Positions 9,107-21,000 of a stretch of DNA of 64,000 nt are shown here, piece by piece. Source of the DNA: Candidatus Altimarinota bacterium. GTDB taxonomy: Bacteria > Patescibacteriota > Gracilibacteria > CAIRYL01 > GCA-016699755. Position numbers and translations under genes: made by a program. The notes under the pieces were generated by a model that was not told the origin of the DNA, did no database searches, and saw only the letters and a list, made by a program, of their open reading frames with translations. The stretch lies in assembly GCA_963664295.1 (NCBI GenBank), contig OY760935.1, forward strand, positions 1,151,431 to 1,215,430. The letters run 5' to 3'. Within the stretch, counting starts at the first letter, position 1, and every line of letters begins with the position of its first letter.

Positions 9107-10719
9107 TAAGTGCTTTTGCAATCTATTTTTTTTGTATCTATTTGTTGAGCATTAGGAAACTCCATAAAAGTATTGTTTATTGCCTCTGCTGTGCCTGCAA
9201 ATTCTTTAATTAATTGCAATATTTCTTCCCAATAATGTTGTTTTACTTCTGTTTTTCTATTTTCTAGTGCAGTTCTTTTGAATTTTTTAATTAAATCTTG
9301 ATTAGCTTGGGCTAGGGGAGATTTTAAGTTTTTTATACTTTCTGCACATTTTGTTGATAAATCAATGGCATCATAACCGCCTCCTCTTAGTGCTCCGCTA
9401 GGAATTCTATTTAAATAATTTTGACAATCAGCAGATAAAAGCATGTCTAGCATGTCACGATTTTTCATTAGTTGATCTGTATCACCATCGCCGTGAACAT
9501 AAGAACCGCCAATTGGATAAGATTCAGCTTGGATAAAGTGAATTTCTTGAGCTACTGAGTAATCTTGGTCCCTTGTTGTGCGATCGCCTGATGGTGGTGG
9601 TTTTTTTTCTACAAATACATGGATATTAAATATTCCCAAAAACCAATTGCGAATATCCCAAATAACAGGCGTGTTTTTGCTTGGATTTAATGATTCTTTT
9701 TTTCTGTATGCTTCTTCTAGTTCTTCTGATGTGTAATTTACTAAACATTGTACACAGTTTGTTTTGGTGACGTTTCTGTTGGGCGATCCTTTTATAAACT
9801 CAACATCAATACAAATAAAACCATTGCAAAATTCTTCCACGCAAAACATATTGCCAAACATACCAACTTCTTCGCCACCGCAAGCATCAGCGCCAACATT
9901 ATCAATTGTATATGTACTTGGATATTGTCCTCCTTGATAATTATAATCCCAGCCTGTCCAATCTTGTTTTCTGTACCACTGGTTTGTTCCTAAGTTATTA
10001 TCCTGATTTGGATTATTGGCCAAATTATTACTATCATCGTCTAAGATTATCAAGTTTGGATCTGCGCAAATTGGCAATTCTTCAATTTCTGTGCAGTTTC
10101 CATCTTCATCACATACTATTATTGTTTGATTTTGATTACCATTATTATCTGTAATATTTGGAGGTGCATCATAGCCGTCATCAATGGTATTGTTTTCATT
10201 TATTCCTGCATTATCGCCAGGGTTAATGCTCATATCATTGCCTTCATTTGCAAAAGGATCATACGTTCTAGCATTTGGTATTCTTGCTTCTTTTCCAAAA
10301 TAAATTGTGTCGATTATATTTAAATCAACAACGAGATCAAATTCACTATCTGCCCTGGTGCCGTTTGACCAAATTTCTGTAGCGTAAGCAATTTCTTTTT
10401 CGAGATTTTCTATTTTTGCAACTGACCTTTCAAAGTCATATAAGTCATGAAGTTCGTTTAAGCATTGCTGAATTTCAGTACGATCCATATTTGCACAGAT
10501 TTTTTTTACTTCTTTTAAGGTGGCAGTGCCATCTAGAATATCTTCAAGCTTACTGTCTGATAGTCCGGTTTGTTTACTTATTCTACTAATCACTGTTTTA
10601 TGATCACTTTCTTTTACCTCTTTGTATATTTTTGAAAAATATTTATCATCAGCATTACTAATACTGAAAATTAGCGTGTTTATTATTATGGCCGTCAGAA
10701 TTAAAAATAGTTTTTTCAT
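9106..10719 (-). CDS. Secreted Cys-rich protein, unknown function (operon gene 4)
   Basis: Signal peptide MKKLFLILTAIIINTLIFSISNA, many Cys, Asn-rich linker. ATGA overlap. Confidence 0.85.
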   Translation of the reverse strand: MKKLFLILTAIIINTLIFSISNADDKYFSKIYKEVKESDHKTVISRISKQTGLSDSKLEDILDGTATLKEVKKICANMDRTEIQQCLNELHDLYDFERSVAKIENLEKEIAYATEIWSNGTRADSEFDLVVDLNIIDTIYFGKEARIPNARTYDPFANEGNDMSINPGDNAGINENNTIDDGYDAPPNITDNNGNQNQTIIVCDEDGNCTEIEELPICADPNLIILDDDSNNLANNPNQDNNLGTNQWYRKQDWTGWDYNYQGGQYPSTYTIDNVGADACGGEEVGMFGNMFCVEEFCNGFICIDVEFIKGSPNRNVTKTNCVQCLVNYTSEELEEAYRKKESLNPSKNTPVIWDIRNWFLGIFNIHVFVEKKPPPSGDRTTRDQDYSVAQEIHFIQAESYPIGGSYVHGDGDTDQLMKNRDMLDMLLSADCQNYLNRIPSGALRGGGYDAIDLSTKCAESIKNLKSPLAQANQDLIKKFKRTALENRKTEVKQHYWEEILQLIKEFAGTAEAINNTFMEFPNAQQIDTKKIDCKST

Positions 10720-11429
10720 GCTTCGTAGCCACAATTAAGAAATTTTCCAGGTATTCTGACTAATTGTTCAAAATAATCTTTTAAAGCGTCTCTAGTCTCT
10801 TCTAAGCAAAAGGTTAAACACTCTAATCTGCGATGAATTACATAGGCCATTTGCATTTCTGACAAAGAATCAAGCGCTATTCTTATAGCAATTCCTACTG
10901 TTTCGATTTCTTGGGCAATTTCGTCTTTAATCATTTTGTGACGCATGAACAAGGTGCTCATTTCACCTGTCCATTCTGATGATATTTCACTATTTTTTTC
11001 AGAAATCATTGTTGGGCTTTGAAGAGTGAGAAACAAAACACATTGATATTCTTGAGTTTCTAATAACACTCCTCGAGGTGGTTTTTCTTTTTCTTCTAAC
11101 GCAAAATCAACAAAGCCAGCATTTTCTAAAGAGTCACTGGAGGTTTGTTCTATATCGCAATTTGAACATTTTTTTATTTTTTTACCTTTAGTTATGTCTT
11201 TGATTATCTCTTCAAAGCGTTTATCCATTTCTTTGTGAAATTTATCACGAATATCTTCCCAGTAGATTTCATCTTCATACATATCAAACCAGGTGCTTTT
11301 TAGTGTTCCTGTTTGGTATTGTTCTAATAATTCATCACAACGAGGAATTTTCATTGTGTCTGCATGAGCATTATTTAGTAAAATTAAGCTCAAAATTAGT
11401 GCCGATAATATTTTTTTACTTAATTGCAT
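10716..11429 (-). CDS. Secreted Cys-containing helical protein, unknown function (operon gene 3)
   Basis: Signal peptide ending AHA. Overlaps both neighbours. Confidence 0.85.
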   Translation of the reverse strand: MQLSKKILSALILSLILLNNAHADTMKIPRCDELLEQYQTGTLKSTWFDMYEDEIYWEDIRDKFHKEMDKRFEEIIKDITKGKKIKKCSNCDIEQTSSDSLENAGFVDFALEEKEKPPRGVLLETQEYQCVLFLTLQSPTMISEKNSEISSEWTGEMSTLFMRHKMIKDEIAQEIETVGIAIRIALDSLSEMQMAYVIHRRLECLTFCLEETRDALKDYFEQLVRIPGKFLNCGYEA

Positions 11430-12094
11430 TTATCAACAATACATTCAATGTTTTCTAAAATATCAACAACTTTATTTTTGAGGTCTACAACATCTTCCAC
11501 TAAAAATTTCTCCAATCTTTCTGTGAGATCAGTTAATTTAAAAGCTAAAAAACCCATTTTTTTACGATTTGCATCTTTTCTTAGCAAATGAGGCATTACA
11601 ATTTTTAATTGTTCTATTTTGAAATCAGCATGCATTATGCATTCGTTTCTAAGGCTTTGTAGTTCTGTTGTTGTATAAGTGAAAGCACAATTTTCGAGTG
11701 GCGCATTATTAAATTTTGTTTTTATGTCTTGTAGGCTCATTGTTTGACAGCCAAATCTATTGATAAAGATTTTATTTGCGTTTTGAAGAGTTGAGTTTTT
11801 TTCTTCACCTGTTTTGCCAGCAAATTGATTTGCTCCACCGCAAATCCAGTACAAATGACAACGATATGTGCGAATTATTTGAGGAAAAGATTCTGCAAGT
11901 TCGGAAGTATTTTTATTATTTTGATTCATTAAATTTTCCAAGACTTCATACAGTTCTTGATCTGCACTATCGAAGGCTTGGCACCAGGCATTGCGACAAG
12001 AATCAATTTTACTAATTTCTTCTTCTGCTGAAAAACAGGGAATAGTATTAAAAAATAAAATTAAGCCTGTAATTATTGATAAAATTTTTTGCAT
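11420..12094 (-). CDS. Secreted Cys-rich helical protein, unknown function (operon gene 2)
   Basis: Signal peptide. Start codon directly abuts the stop of the giant gene. Confidence 0.85.
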   Translation of the reverse strand: MQKILSIITGLILFFNTIPCFSAEEEISKIDSCRNAWCQAFDSADQELYEVLENLMNQNNKNTSELAESFPQIIRTYRCHLYWICGGANQFAGKTGEEKNSTLQNANKIFINRFGCQTMSLQDIKTKFNNAPLENCAFTYTTTELQSLRNECIMHADFKIEQLKIVMPHLLRKDANRKKMGFLAFKLTDLTERLEKFLVEDVVDLKNKVVDILENIECIVDKCN

Positions 12095-15000
12095 TTATTC
12101 GGTTATAAGATAAGTTGTGCTTTTTGAAAATATTTTTAAGTTATCCTCGCTAATAATAGCAGAAAATATATAATCTCCTTTGTAAATATCGGCTAGATAG
12201 TCTAGAAATGCACATAATTCTATGTTGCCATGAGTTATGTGAGTTCCTGGTGTGTTATCGAGATTGTTTTCAGGATTGTCTAAAGGGTCTATTACATCGG
12301 GACATTGATTATTTGGTAGCTCAGGACAGTCGCCATCATCGCCATCATCGCCGTTATCCCCACCATCATCATCCCCGTCATCATCCCCACCATTATTATC
12401 ACCGTCATCGCCATCATCACCGTTATCTCCATCATTATCATCACCGTCATCACCGTTATCTCCATCATTATCATCACCGTCATCACCGTTATCTCCACCA
12501 TTATCATCACCGTCATCACCGTTATCCCCACCATTATCATCGCCATCATCACCGTTATCCCCACCATCATCCCCACCATTATCATCGCCATCATCACCGT
12601 TATCCCCACCATCATCCCCACCATTATCATCGCCATCATCACCGTTATCCCCACCATTATCATCGCCATCATCGCCGTTATCGCCATCATCGCCGTTATC
12701 ACCATCATCACCGTTATCCCCATCATCACCGTCATCATCCCCACCATTATCATCGCCATCATCGCCGTTATCACCATCATCACCGTTATCCCCACCATTA
12801 TCATCCCCGTCATCCCCGTCATCCCCACCATTATCATCCCCGTCATCCCCACCATTATCATCCCCGTCATCACTTGAATTAAGTGGATTTTTGCCTTGTT
12901 TATATTCTTCTAGGTTGATTAGACCTCCGCCATCTGTATCTTCATTAGCATCACTAGGGTCATATTTATTTAAACCATATTTGTCTTCCCAATAATCTGG
13001 CATACCATCTCCGTCAGAGTCTTGCATGTTATTATCCTCGTTATCGCCACCATCATCATCCCCGTCATCCCCGTCATCACTTGAATTAAGTGGATTTTTG
13101 CCTTGTTTATATTCTTCTAGGTTGATTAGACCTCCGCCATCTGTATCTTCATTAGCATCACTAGGGTCATATTTATTTAAACCATATTTGTCTTCCCAAT
13201 AATCTGGCATACCATCTCCGTCAGAGTCAATATTGTCAGATTGTTGAGGATTAGTTTTATTTTGATATTCTGTGAGACTATTAAATCCATCATTATCTGA
13301 GTCATAATCGGCATCATTAGGATTATATTTATCTAAATTATTACTATTTTCCCAATAATCCGGCATACCATCATAATCAGAATCCCAAAGATTATCATCA
13401 TTAGAGCCTAATGGGTCTGTTTTGTATTGATATTCATAAAGATTATTTGCACCTCCGCCATCTGTATCTTCATTAGCATCACTAGGGTTATATTTATTTA
13501 AACCATATTTGTCTTCCCAATAATCTGGCATACCATCTCCGTCAGAGTCTTGAGAGTTGTCATCATTGCTATTATTTGGATCTGTATTATTTCTAAATTC
13601 TGCTAAGTTATCTGCTCCGCTAAAATCAAAATCCATAGATGCATCTTGTGGGTCAAATTCATTTAATCCATATTTTATTTCCCAATAATCCGGCAATCCA
13701 TCAAAATCACTATCTGTTATTCGGCAATCTTTTATGTCGAGTACTTTTTTTGCCATCATTGCAAATTCTCCTCTACTAATTTCTTCGTCAGGGAAGGTGA
13801 AACCGCTTTTATTACTTATTATGCCTAAGTTATCAGCAGTAATTATGTAGTCTTTATACCAAGCATCATCGTTGACATCTATAATTAAATGTTTTGCTTC
13901 TGTTTCTAGGCTTATTCCTGCTTGTCTTAGAATTATTGCAACTGCTTCTGCTCGAGATATATTCCAACTTGGCTGAAAATAACCATCACCAAAACCCATA
14001 ACCATTTTAAAATTTTTGGCTTTTACAACACAAAAATGGTACCAATCATTCTCAGAAACATCTGGGAATGGATTTTTTTCTGAATAACGCTCTAATTCTT
14101 TTTCGCTTGGGGTTGTGCAGTCTAAACAAGTAGTTGCGCCTAAGGCGATTTTTACAAACTCAGCACGAGTAATTTTATCATTTGCGCGGAAAGTATTATC
14201 TGCAAACCCGCTTAAGATATTACGATTATATAAATCTAAAATTGCTTCATAAGCAGGATGAGCTTTGTCTATGTCAGAAAATGGCAATTCTTTTTTTATT
14301 TCTTCGCTTGCACCAAATAAGGATTGGTGTTTTTTTGTGTCAAAAAATGCTGTTTCCGCTGTATTTTCATTGATTATGTATTGTTTTTGATTAATATATA
14401 TATCTTCAAAAATAGTGTGAATATAAACTTCAAATATTGCTTGTCCTTGGTAAATTATTTGAAAAACAACTGGTTCTTCAGGGCTTGTGGTTTCTTTGAT
14501 TCTTAGGTCTAAATTATTTTCATCTAAGAAAATAATTGAGCCTTTTGCAGAAATTGCTGTGATTAACTCATTTGTCTCATTGTTGTAAATTACCATGCCG
14601 CCAGGAATATTTTTTGCGTCTGCTGGCACACCTCCTGTAATAAATTTATCAGATTGATTGGTGTCAAATAAAATCACGCCAGAGGCATTTTTAGCTTTTT
14701 CTGTTGTCATTGGGCTTGTTTCCAGTTTTACATCTGAATTTGTGTCAGCAACATAATAAACATTGGCAATTGTATAAGCTGTTATTTCTTCAATTAAACC
14801 TATTCTTGTTGGTAAGTTTTCTGTTGCAGAAAATGCTTTTAGTTTGTAGTTTTCTTTTTCTAATTTTATTCTGCCGTTTTCTCCAGAAATTATTGCTACT
14901 ATTTCTCCTAAGCTGTCTTTTACTACTGCATCAGGTGATAAATTAAAATCATCAATGTAATATTCAGAAAATTCATCAGAAAAATAACGCCCATTCTCAT

Positions 15001-18000
15001 TTGCAGAAGGAGTTTGTATTAGCTTATATTCATCCCAGCGTTTTCGCATTAAAACAAAAGGCATGTTTTCTGTTTCTGGGTTTATTTCTCCTTTAGCTAT
15101 TCTGTTTTGTATGTCTCCATCAAGACTGATATCCGGAGTATATACTCTGATTATTATTTCTTGTTCTGTTTCATTGCCAGACTGATCTGCGATTGTGATA
15201 TTAATTGGATAATCACCAGGTTCTATATATGGACCAACTATTGCTGTTTCACCTGTTTGTCCGTCTGGCCAGGTGATATTAACCTCACTTTCAAAATCAA
15301 AAACACCAATAAGGTTTAATTCTGTTTCCCTGAGTAATGGGACATTGAACACAGTTTCCCCTGAGTAGATTGGTGGATCTTCATCATTTTCTTTTAGTGG
15401 AGCTAGTAGTTTTTGTTCAGAGTAAGTAGAAAAATCATCATTAAAAATTTGCCTTATTCTTGCATGATAAAATCCTTCTTCAAGTGGTAGCGCAAGTCTA
15501 TTATTTTTTAAGGTGGATATATAGAACTTATCTGCCTCTATTGTGTGATTTCCAATTTGAATTTCATTTAAATCATCAATCCATTCGTTTTGAGTAATAT
15601 TTTCTGGAATTAAGTCTTCTGCTAACAAAAGCACTTCTCTGTTTTCAGTGGAATTATCTTTATTAAATCCTGATACTGTATTTTTGATTGAAATTTGCAT
15701 GCCTAATAAATCTTCTTCAAATCCATCAAACCAGCTCAAGCTTACTTCATTTGCATAATTTGAAGCGTCAAAATTTTTAAGAGCAGGTCTGTAGGGGATT
15801 AAGTCTTCAAAAACACCAATTTGTGGATCAAAAGGAAATATTGATTTTGCATTATTAGTTTCCTGATTTTTTTTGAGATAAATATTATTGTCTAATGCAT
15901 AGATAAAATCTTCATCACTATCGTCATCAACATCAATGAAAATCATTTTTTTAATATCATCTGCTTCTTCACTGTAGTTCATTAATTTTTCACCTGTGCC
16001 GGTTTGGGAATTTATAATAAAAACTCCTTGTCTATATATTCCTGTAGCAGCTGTGTTGTCTGATATTGCACAAGCTTGATTGTTTTGATTTTGACCATCT
16101 CCTGCATCTAGCAGGGTTGGCGTGTTGTCGGCAATGAGATTTTGCCAGGCATCATTGCTGTTATTATTTGTCATTATCTTCTCTAGCTCAGCGGTGAACA
16201 TTGTGTCAGGATTTTCCTCAAAAGCTATTTCAATATTATTTGTAGCTATTAGTGTTTTGCTTTCTTCTTCTAAAATATTTTTTTCTTTTGCAATTAAAGT
16301 TTTCATTTGCTCTAGTTTTGCAATTGAGTCGGGCTTGTTTTTGAGTTTTATTGGCTTTAGTCCAAGTTCTCTGTGAATTTCAGAAACATCTTTAAGTTCA
16401 TAATTGCCTGAATTTATTTTGTTAATTAAAAAGTTAAGGTTTTTTGATTCTGCTTGGAATGCTGTTATTAGTGCTTCTGCTTGTTGGCTATTATTTTCTG
16501 TTTGATTTTGACTTGTGAAATCAATTTCTTCCTCTCTTTTATCTAGCCAGTCTTCAAAGGTTTCTCCGTCTTCACCCATTTCTATATCTCCTAGATCAAT
16601 ATTGTAATCTTTTTCAAATTCTTCGGTTTTTGACATGTAATAATCCCAGATTGCTTTAATGTCTTTTGTAAATTTTCTTGCTTTTTTTTCTGCCTCGTTT
16701 GTTAAGTCAGTCACTGCGTCGTTCCACGGTCTTACTTTTTCTCTAACATATTCAACAATTTGATCAAACTCCATTTCTAGGTTTACTTTTACCGTCACTC
16801 GTACTTCTTTGAAAGCAGTCATGTCGATATCTGGAATGTCTATTCTGAAAAAGTCAAAAGGCATAAGACCTTTTCCTCTAAGGGTTGCTCCTTCAACAAA
16901 GCCTTTAATACTAAATTCAGGATAAATACCATTATAGTACTTCATTAGTAAGCACCAAATCCAAAGCATTTTGTCGATTGTTTCTAAAATAGAAGCAAGG
17001 GTAGAAAAAATATCCGGTAGTTTTGGTGGTGGTGGCAAATCAGGCAAATCAGGCAATGGTATGTCTGGTAGCTCTGGCAAATCAGGCAAATCAGGTAGCT
17101 CTGGCAAGAGAGGTAAGCCTGGTAAGTTAATATTTATATTAGGAAGATCAGGCAGAGACAGGCGAGGTAATTTAGGAAATTTAACACGCTCTGGCACAAG
17201 TCTAAGTTTTGGTATTTGTACTTCCAATCGAACTTTAATTTGCGAGAGGTCGATTGTTATGTCTGGCAATCTTGGAAGTTTTATTACAGGCGGAGTTGGT
17301 ATGAGAGACATTAAAATTTGCCAGATATCAAAGTTAAGAGAGCATTGCTCATTCATGCAAACATCGCATTGAGTGTTAAAATCATGAATAATATCAAATA
17401 TTTTTTGAATACTCTTAAAAATTTCTTTAATTGTTTGAATTAGCTCAATCCATTTTTCTAGTCTTATTTTGTTGCGATAAAGCCAGCCACCAAGTAAATC
17501 AATAATTTTATCTATATAACACATTACTGTGTCTAAATATCTAGCTAGCTGTGCATCCCAACCTGCTAGAATTTCTGCAAGATTAAAGTATGATTTTAAG
17601 ATTTCTATGTTTTGATCTATGCTCTTTAAAAGACTGTTTAAATCAACAGTAATTCTTTGACCTATTGCCATCATTGCATTGCATTCTTTTTCTGGTGTTC
17701 CTTCTGCACATTTTAACGCTAAATGCACCCCATCATCATCACACTCTAGCCAGTCAACTCGATTACATTCATTTTTTAGATCTCTTTTCCATAATTCAAA
17801 ATCTTCTAAGATTGCCCTTATTTCTCTTTGAGTTAAATAAGGCACTTTTAGCTCAATCACTTCTCTTTTAATTTCAATAAAAGGTACTCTGTTTAAAAAT
17901 GTCCAGATATCATCAATTTTATCAATTGCTCCACTTGTTGCTTGTGCTACCTTGCTGTTTGCTATTTTATCTTCCAGATTTTGTGCTTTTTCTTGTCTTT

Positions 18001-21000
18001 CTTGATATTTTTGCTTTTTTTCTTCTAATTTTTGGATTTTTTTGTTTATTTCCTTGGTTTCATCAGCGCTTTTTCCGGTTTTACTTTCAGTGAGTGTTTT
18101 TATTTCTCCAGTTGTATTTTTAATTTTATCTCCATAATAAGAAGATATTTTTTTATCAGATAAATCAATATCGGAATCGAATGTGCTTCCAAAGAAGTTT
18201 TTTTCATCGTCACTAAGTTCATCAATAGATTTTAAGCTAAATATTTTACTAATATCTGGTAAATAGAAAGTAAGATTGGGCAACGTAAGCATTGCTCTTA
18301 CTTCATACCATTGCTCAGTGAGCCATCTATCAAAAAATTCTGGAATAGCAAATATTCTGCGATTAGAAATATTTTCTAAATCAAAAGAAAAAGTTCCTAA
18401 GTCAAAATTTAATTTATAATCTGCATTACTTGGGGTGACTTTTTGTAATGTTCCCTCATAGCCATCAATATTAAATACAGACTTGCCTCCTAATGAGCTT
18501 GCAAAACCACTAGCGCCTGAGCCAATACTAGAAACAGCGTTATTTATTTTATCGCACAAGCTACTGGTTCCAGGTATAGAAGTGGCAGTCATGATACATT
18601 TGCCTACTGTCCAGTCATAGCCCTGACAAAAAACAATTCCCATTGCGCCGGTAAGAGTTGGAGATAGATATAAACGCCAAATTCCTGCACATGCACCACC
18701 ATAAGGAAAGCAACTTGAGCCAGAACAAGGTGCTGGTTCACAGAATGGTTGTTGTAGAGCCATACCAATTACTGGCACAGCATTTGCAGTAAAGCCAACT
18801 TTAGCAGCCAGACCATTAGGCATACAGCTTCCTATTGGTCCAGGAACCAAAAAAGCATAGTTAATTGGTATTGGCAAACAAGCATTTCCTCTGCAAGTTA
18901 ATCCTTCTAGAAGCTTAATAGCAGAATCTAGTTGCATGTTTTGTTCTGCTAAAAAGTCCTCTACATCTTGTGGAAGCAAAAAGCCTATTTTTCCGTCGGC
19001 ATGATCATCGTCAGTGTTTACATAATTATCCCAACTGTCTGGTATGCCATCATTATCAGAGTCAGTTGTGTTTTGACTTATTGTTGGTTCAACATAGTCA
19101 GGCATTCCATCTTGGTTTACATCAGCCTCAAAAACATCTGGTATGCCATTTCCATCTGCATCTGTGTAATAATTGCTAGTTAAATTTTCTGGTAATTCAG
19201 TTGGGTTATCAGCAACTTCTTTAATAACAAAATTTCGATTGTCCGCATTAAATATATTTAAAGCTGGCAAGCTTGCATTTGGAAAATTAATAAAAATATC
19301 CAATTTATCATCAAGAGGGTAATCATTACTGCTTAAATAAGCACCTTCTATGTTTATATTTAAATTATCCTGATATAAAGATTGATAACTAATTTGAACC
19401 AGTTCGCCATTTTTTGCAGTTATTTCATTAAATCTAAGATAAGAATTTAGATAATCAGGAGTATTGATAAAATAATTTTCTCCGCAATTTTCACAAGTAA
19501 TAGTATGCTCTAAAATACTCATTTCAGGCTGAATTTGATCAGCAATATAAATTATTTGATCTTGCCCAGAGTTATTTTTAAATTCAATATAATTTTCTAT
19601 AACATCGCCGTCTTCGAGATTATCGCCATTGCTATCAAGAATTTGACGTGAAGTTTCGATAAAATCGCTATTGTCTGTAATTGATACAAAAAGTTTTTTT
19701 TCTGTATTGATATTAGTATATTGATCAAAGTTGGCGCCAAGTTCGTCTTGCAAGCTAAGCATTATTGCTGTTTGTTGCATTATTTCATCTTGATTTGCGT
19801 TTGGGTTTTGTGCCTCAGTGTAGGCAAGCATTGCATCTTCATTATTTGCATATTCTTCCTCCTTTGTTATTGGTAAATAAAATGAATTTTCATTTGTGCC
19901 AATGTTTTCAACTCCTTCATAGGAAATATATATTTTTTCATTGCTATTATTTTCGTTTAACGAAACAGCAAAACTTTGAATTAGATCATAATTTTCTTCA
20001 AAGCCACTTTCTGCGCCCCAATAAATAATAAGTTCGTTTTTATTTGTAAAGGCAAGAAAGTCAACAAAAGAGTCATTGTCAAAATCTTTTATTAAAACTT
20101 TTTTAAAAGGCCCCATATTTTCGAGTTCTGTTTTTGTTATTACTTCATTGTTATTTTCAAAACTAATTGTTTTATTATTCTCAAAGCCAGCTATAACATC
20201 ATCATGTCTATTTTCACTTGGTATTACATCAGAATAATTAGGTTCATAAGGATAAGCTGTAATATCGCCAAGATTTTTTAAATTATTGCCATCAATTACT
20301 CTTTGTTCTCCATTTTCCGAAGAAATTAAAAGATCTTTTTTATTATCACCATTAAAATCAACTAGATCTAAATCTTTGATATAAAAATTTTCATCAGAAA
20401 AAATTTCTTCACCAATAGTTTTATTAAATCCTTCTATTTTTGCTGATGGTTTTTCTAAGCTTAAAGTTGGATCACCTAAAACAATAGTAGCAGGTTTGTT
20501 GATACTTTTGCTGGCTTGTCCAAGATTTTCACCACCTGCAAGAAGCAAGGCAAATTTATTTTCATTTTCCCAACCAAAATTATATTCATTTTTTAATAAA
20601 CTAACTTCATCTTCGCTAATTATTATATAACCTTTTTCACTTCCTTCTATAAAATTTTCTAAAACAGAGTCGTTATCTATTTCAATTGTTCTAAATTCAT
20701 AATTTTTTATATGAATTTGTCCAACAATAAGATCTTGATCATAAATAAGAGAAAATAATCCATTTTCTTCATAATTTAATGCAAACCTATTGTCATAAAA
20801 ATTAAAGTGACCATCTTTATTTATGGTTAAGACATCAGCTTCTTCAAATTTTATTGTCAGTAAATCATTTTCCACAAGAGCACTTACTGTGCCTGATTGG
20901 TCAAAATTATCAAAAGCAATTCCGTTATTAAAAGTTTCTACATAATTAGCGCTAAGATCTGCATTGTTGTCTAAAAATAAACTTAGTTCACTTAATGTTT

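Noticed and set aside
12208-12882. 224 aa His/Arg-rich ORF on the plus strand and 193 aa Met-rich ORF on the minus strand
   Set aside because: Both are alternative-frame shadows of the G/D/N codon repeat inside the 4433 aa gene.
12330-13552. Repeats considered as a CRISPR array
   Set aside because: They are in-frame coding repeats with no constant repeat/unique spacer alternation, and no cas genes are present.
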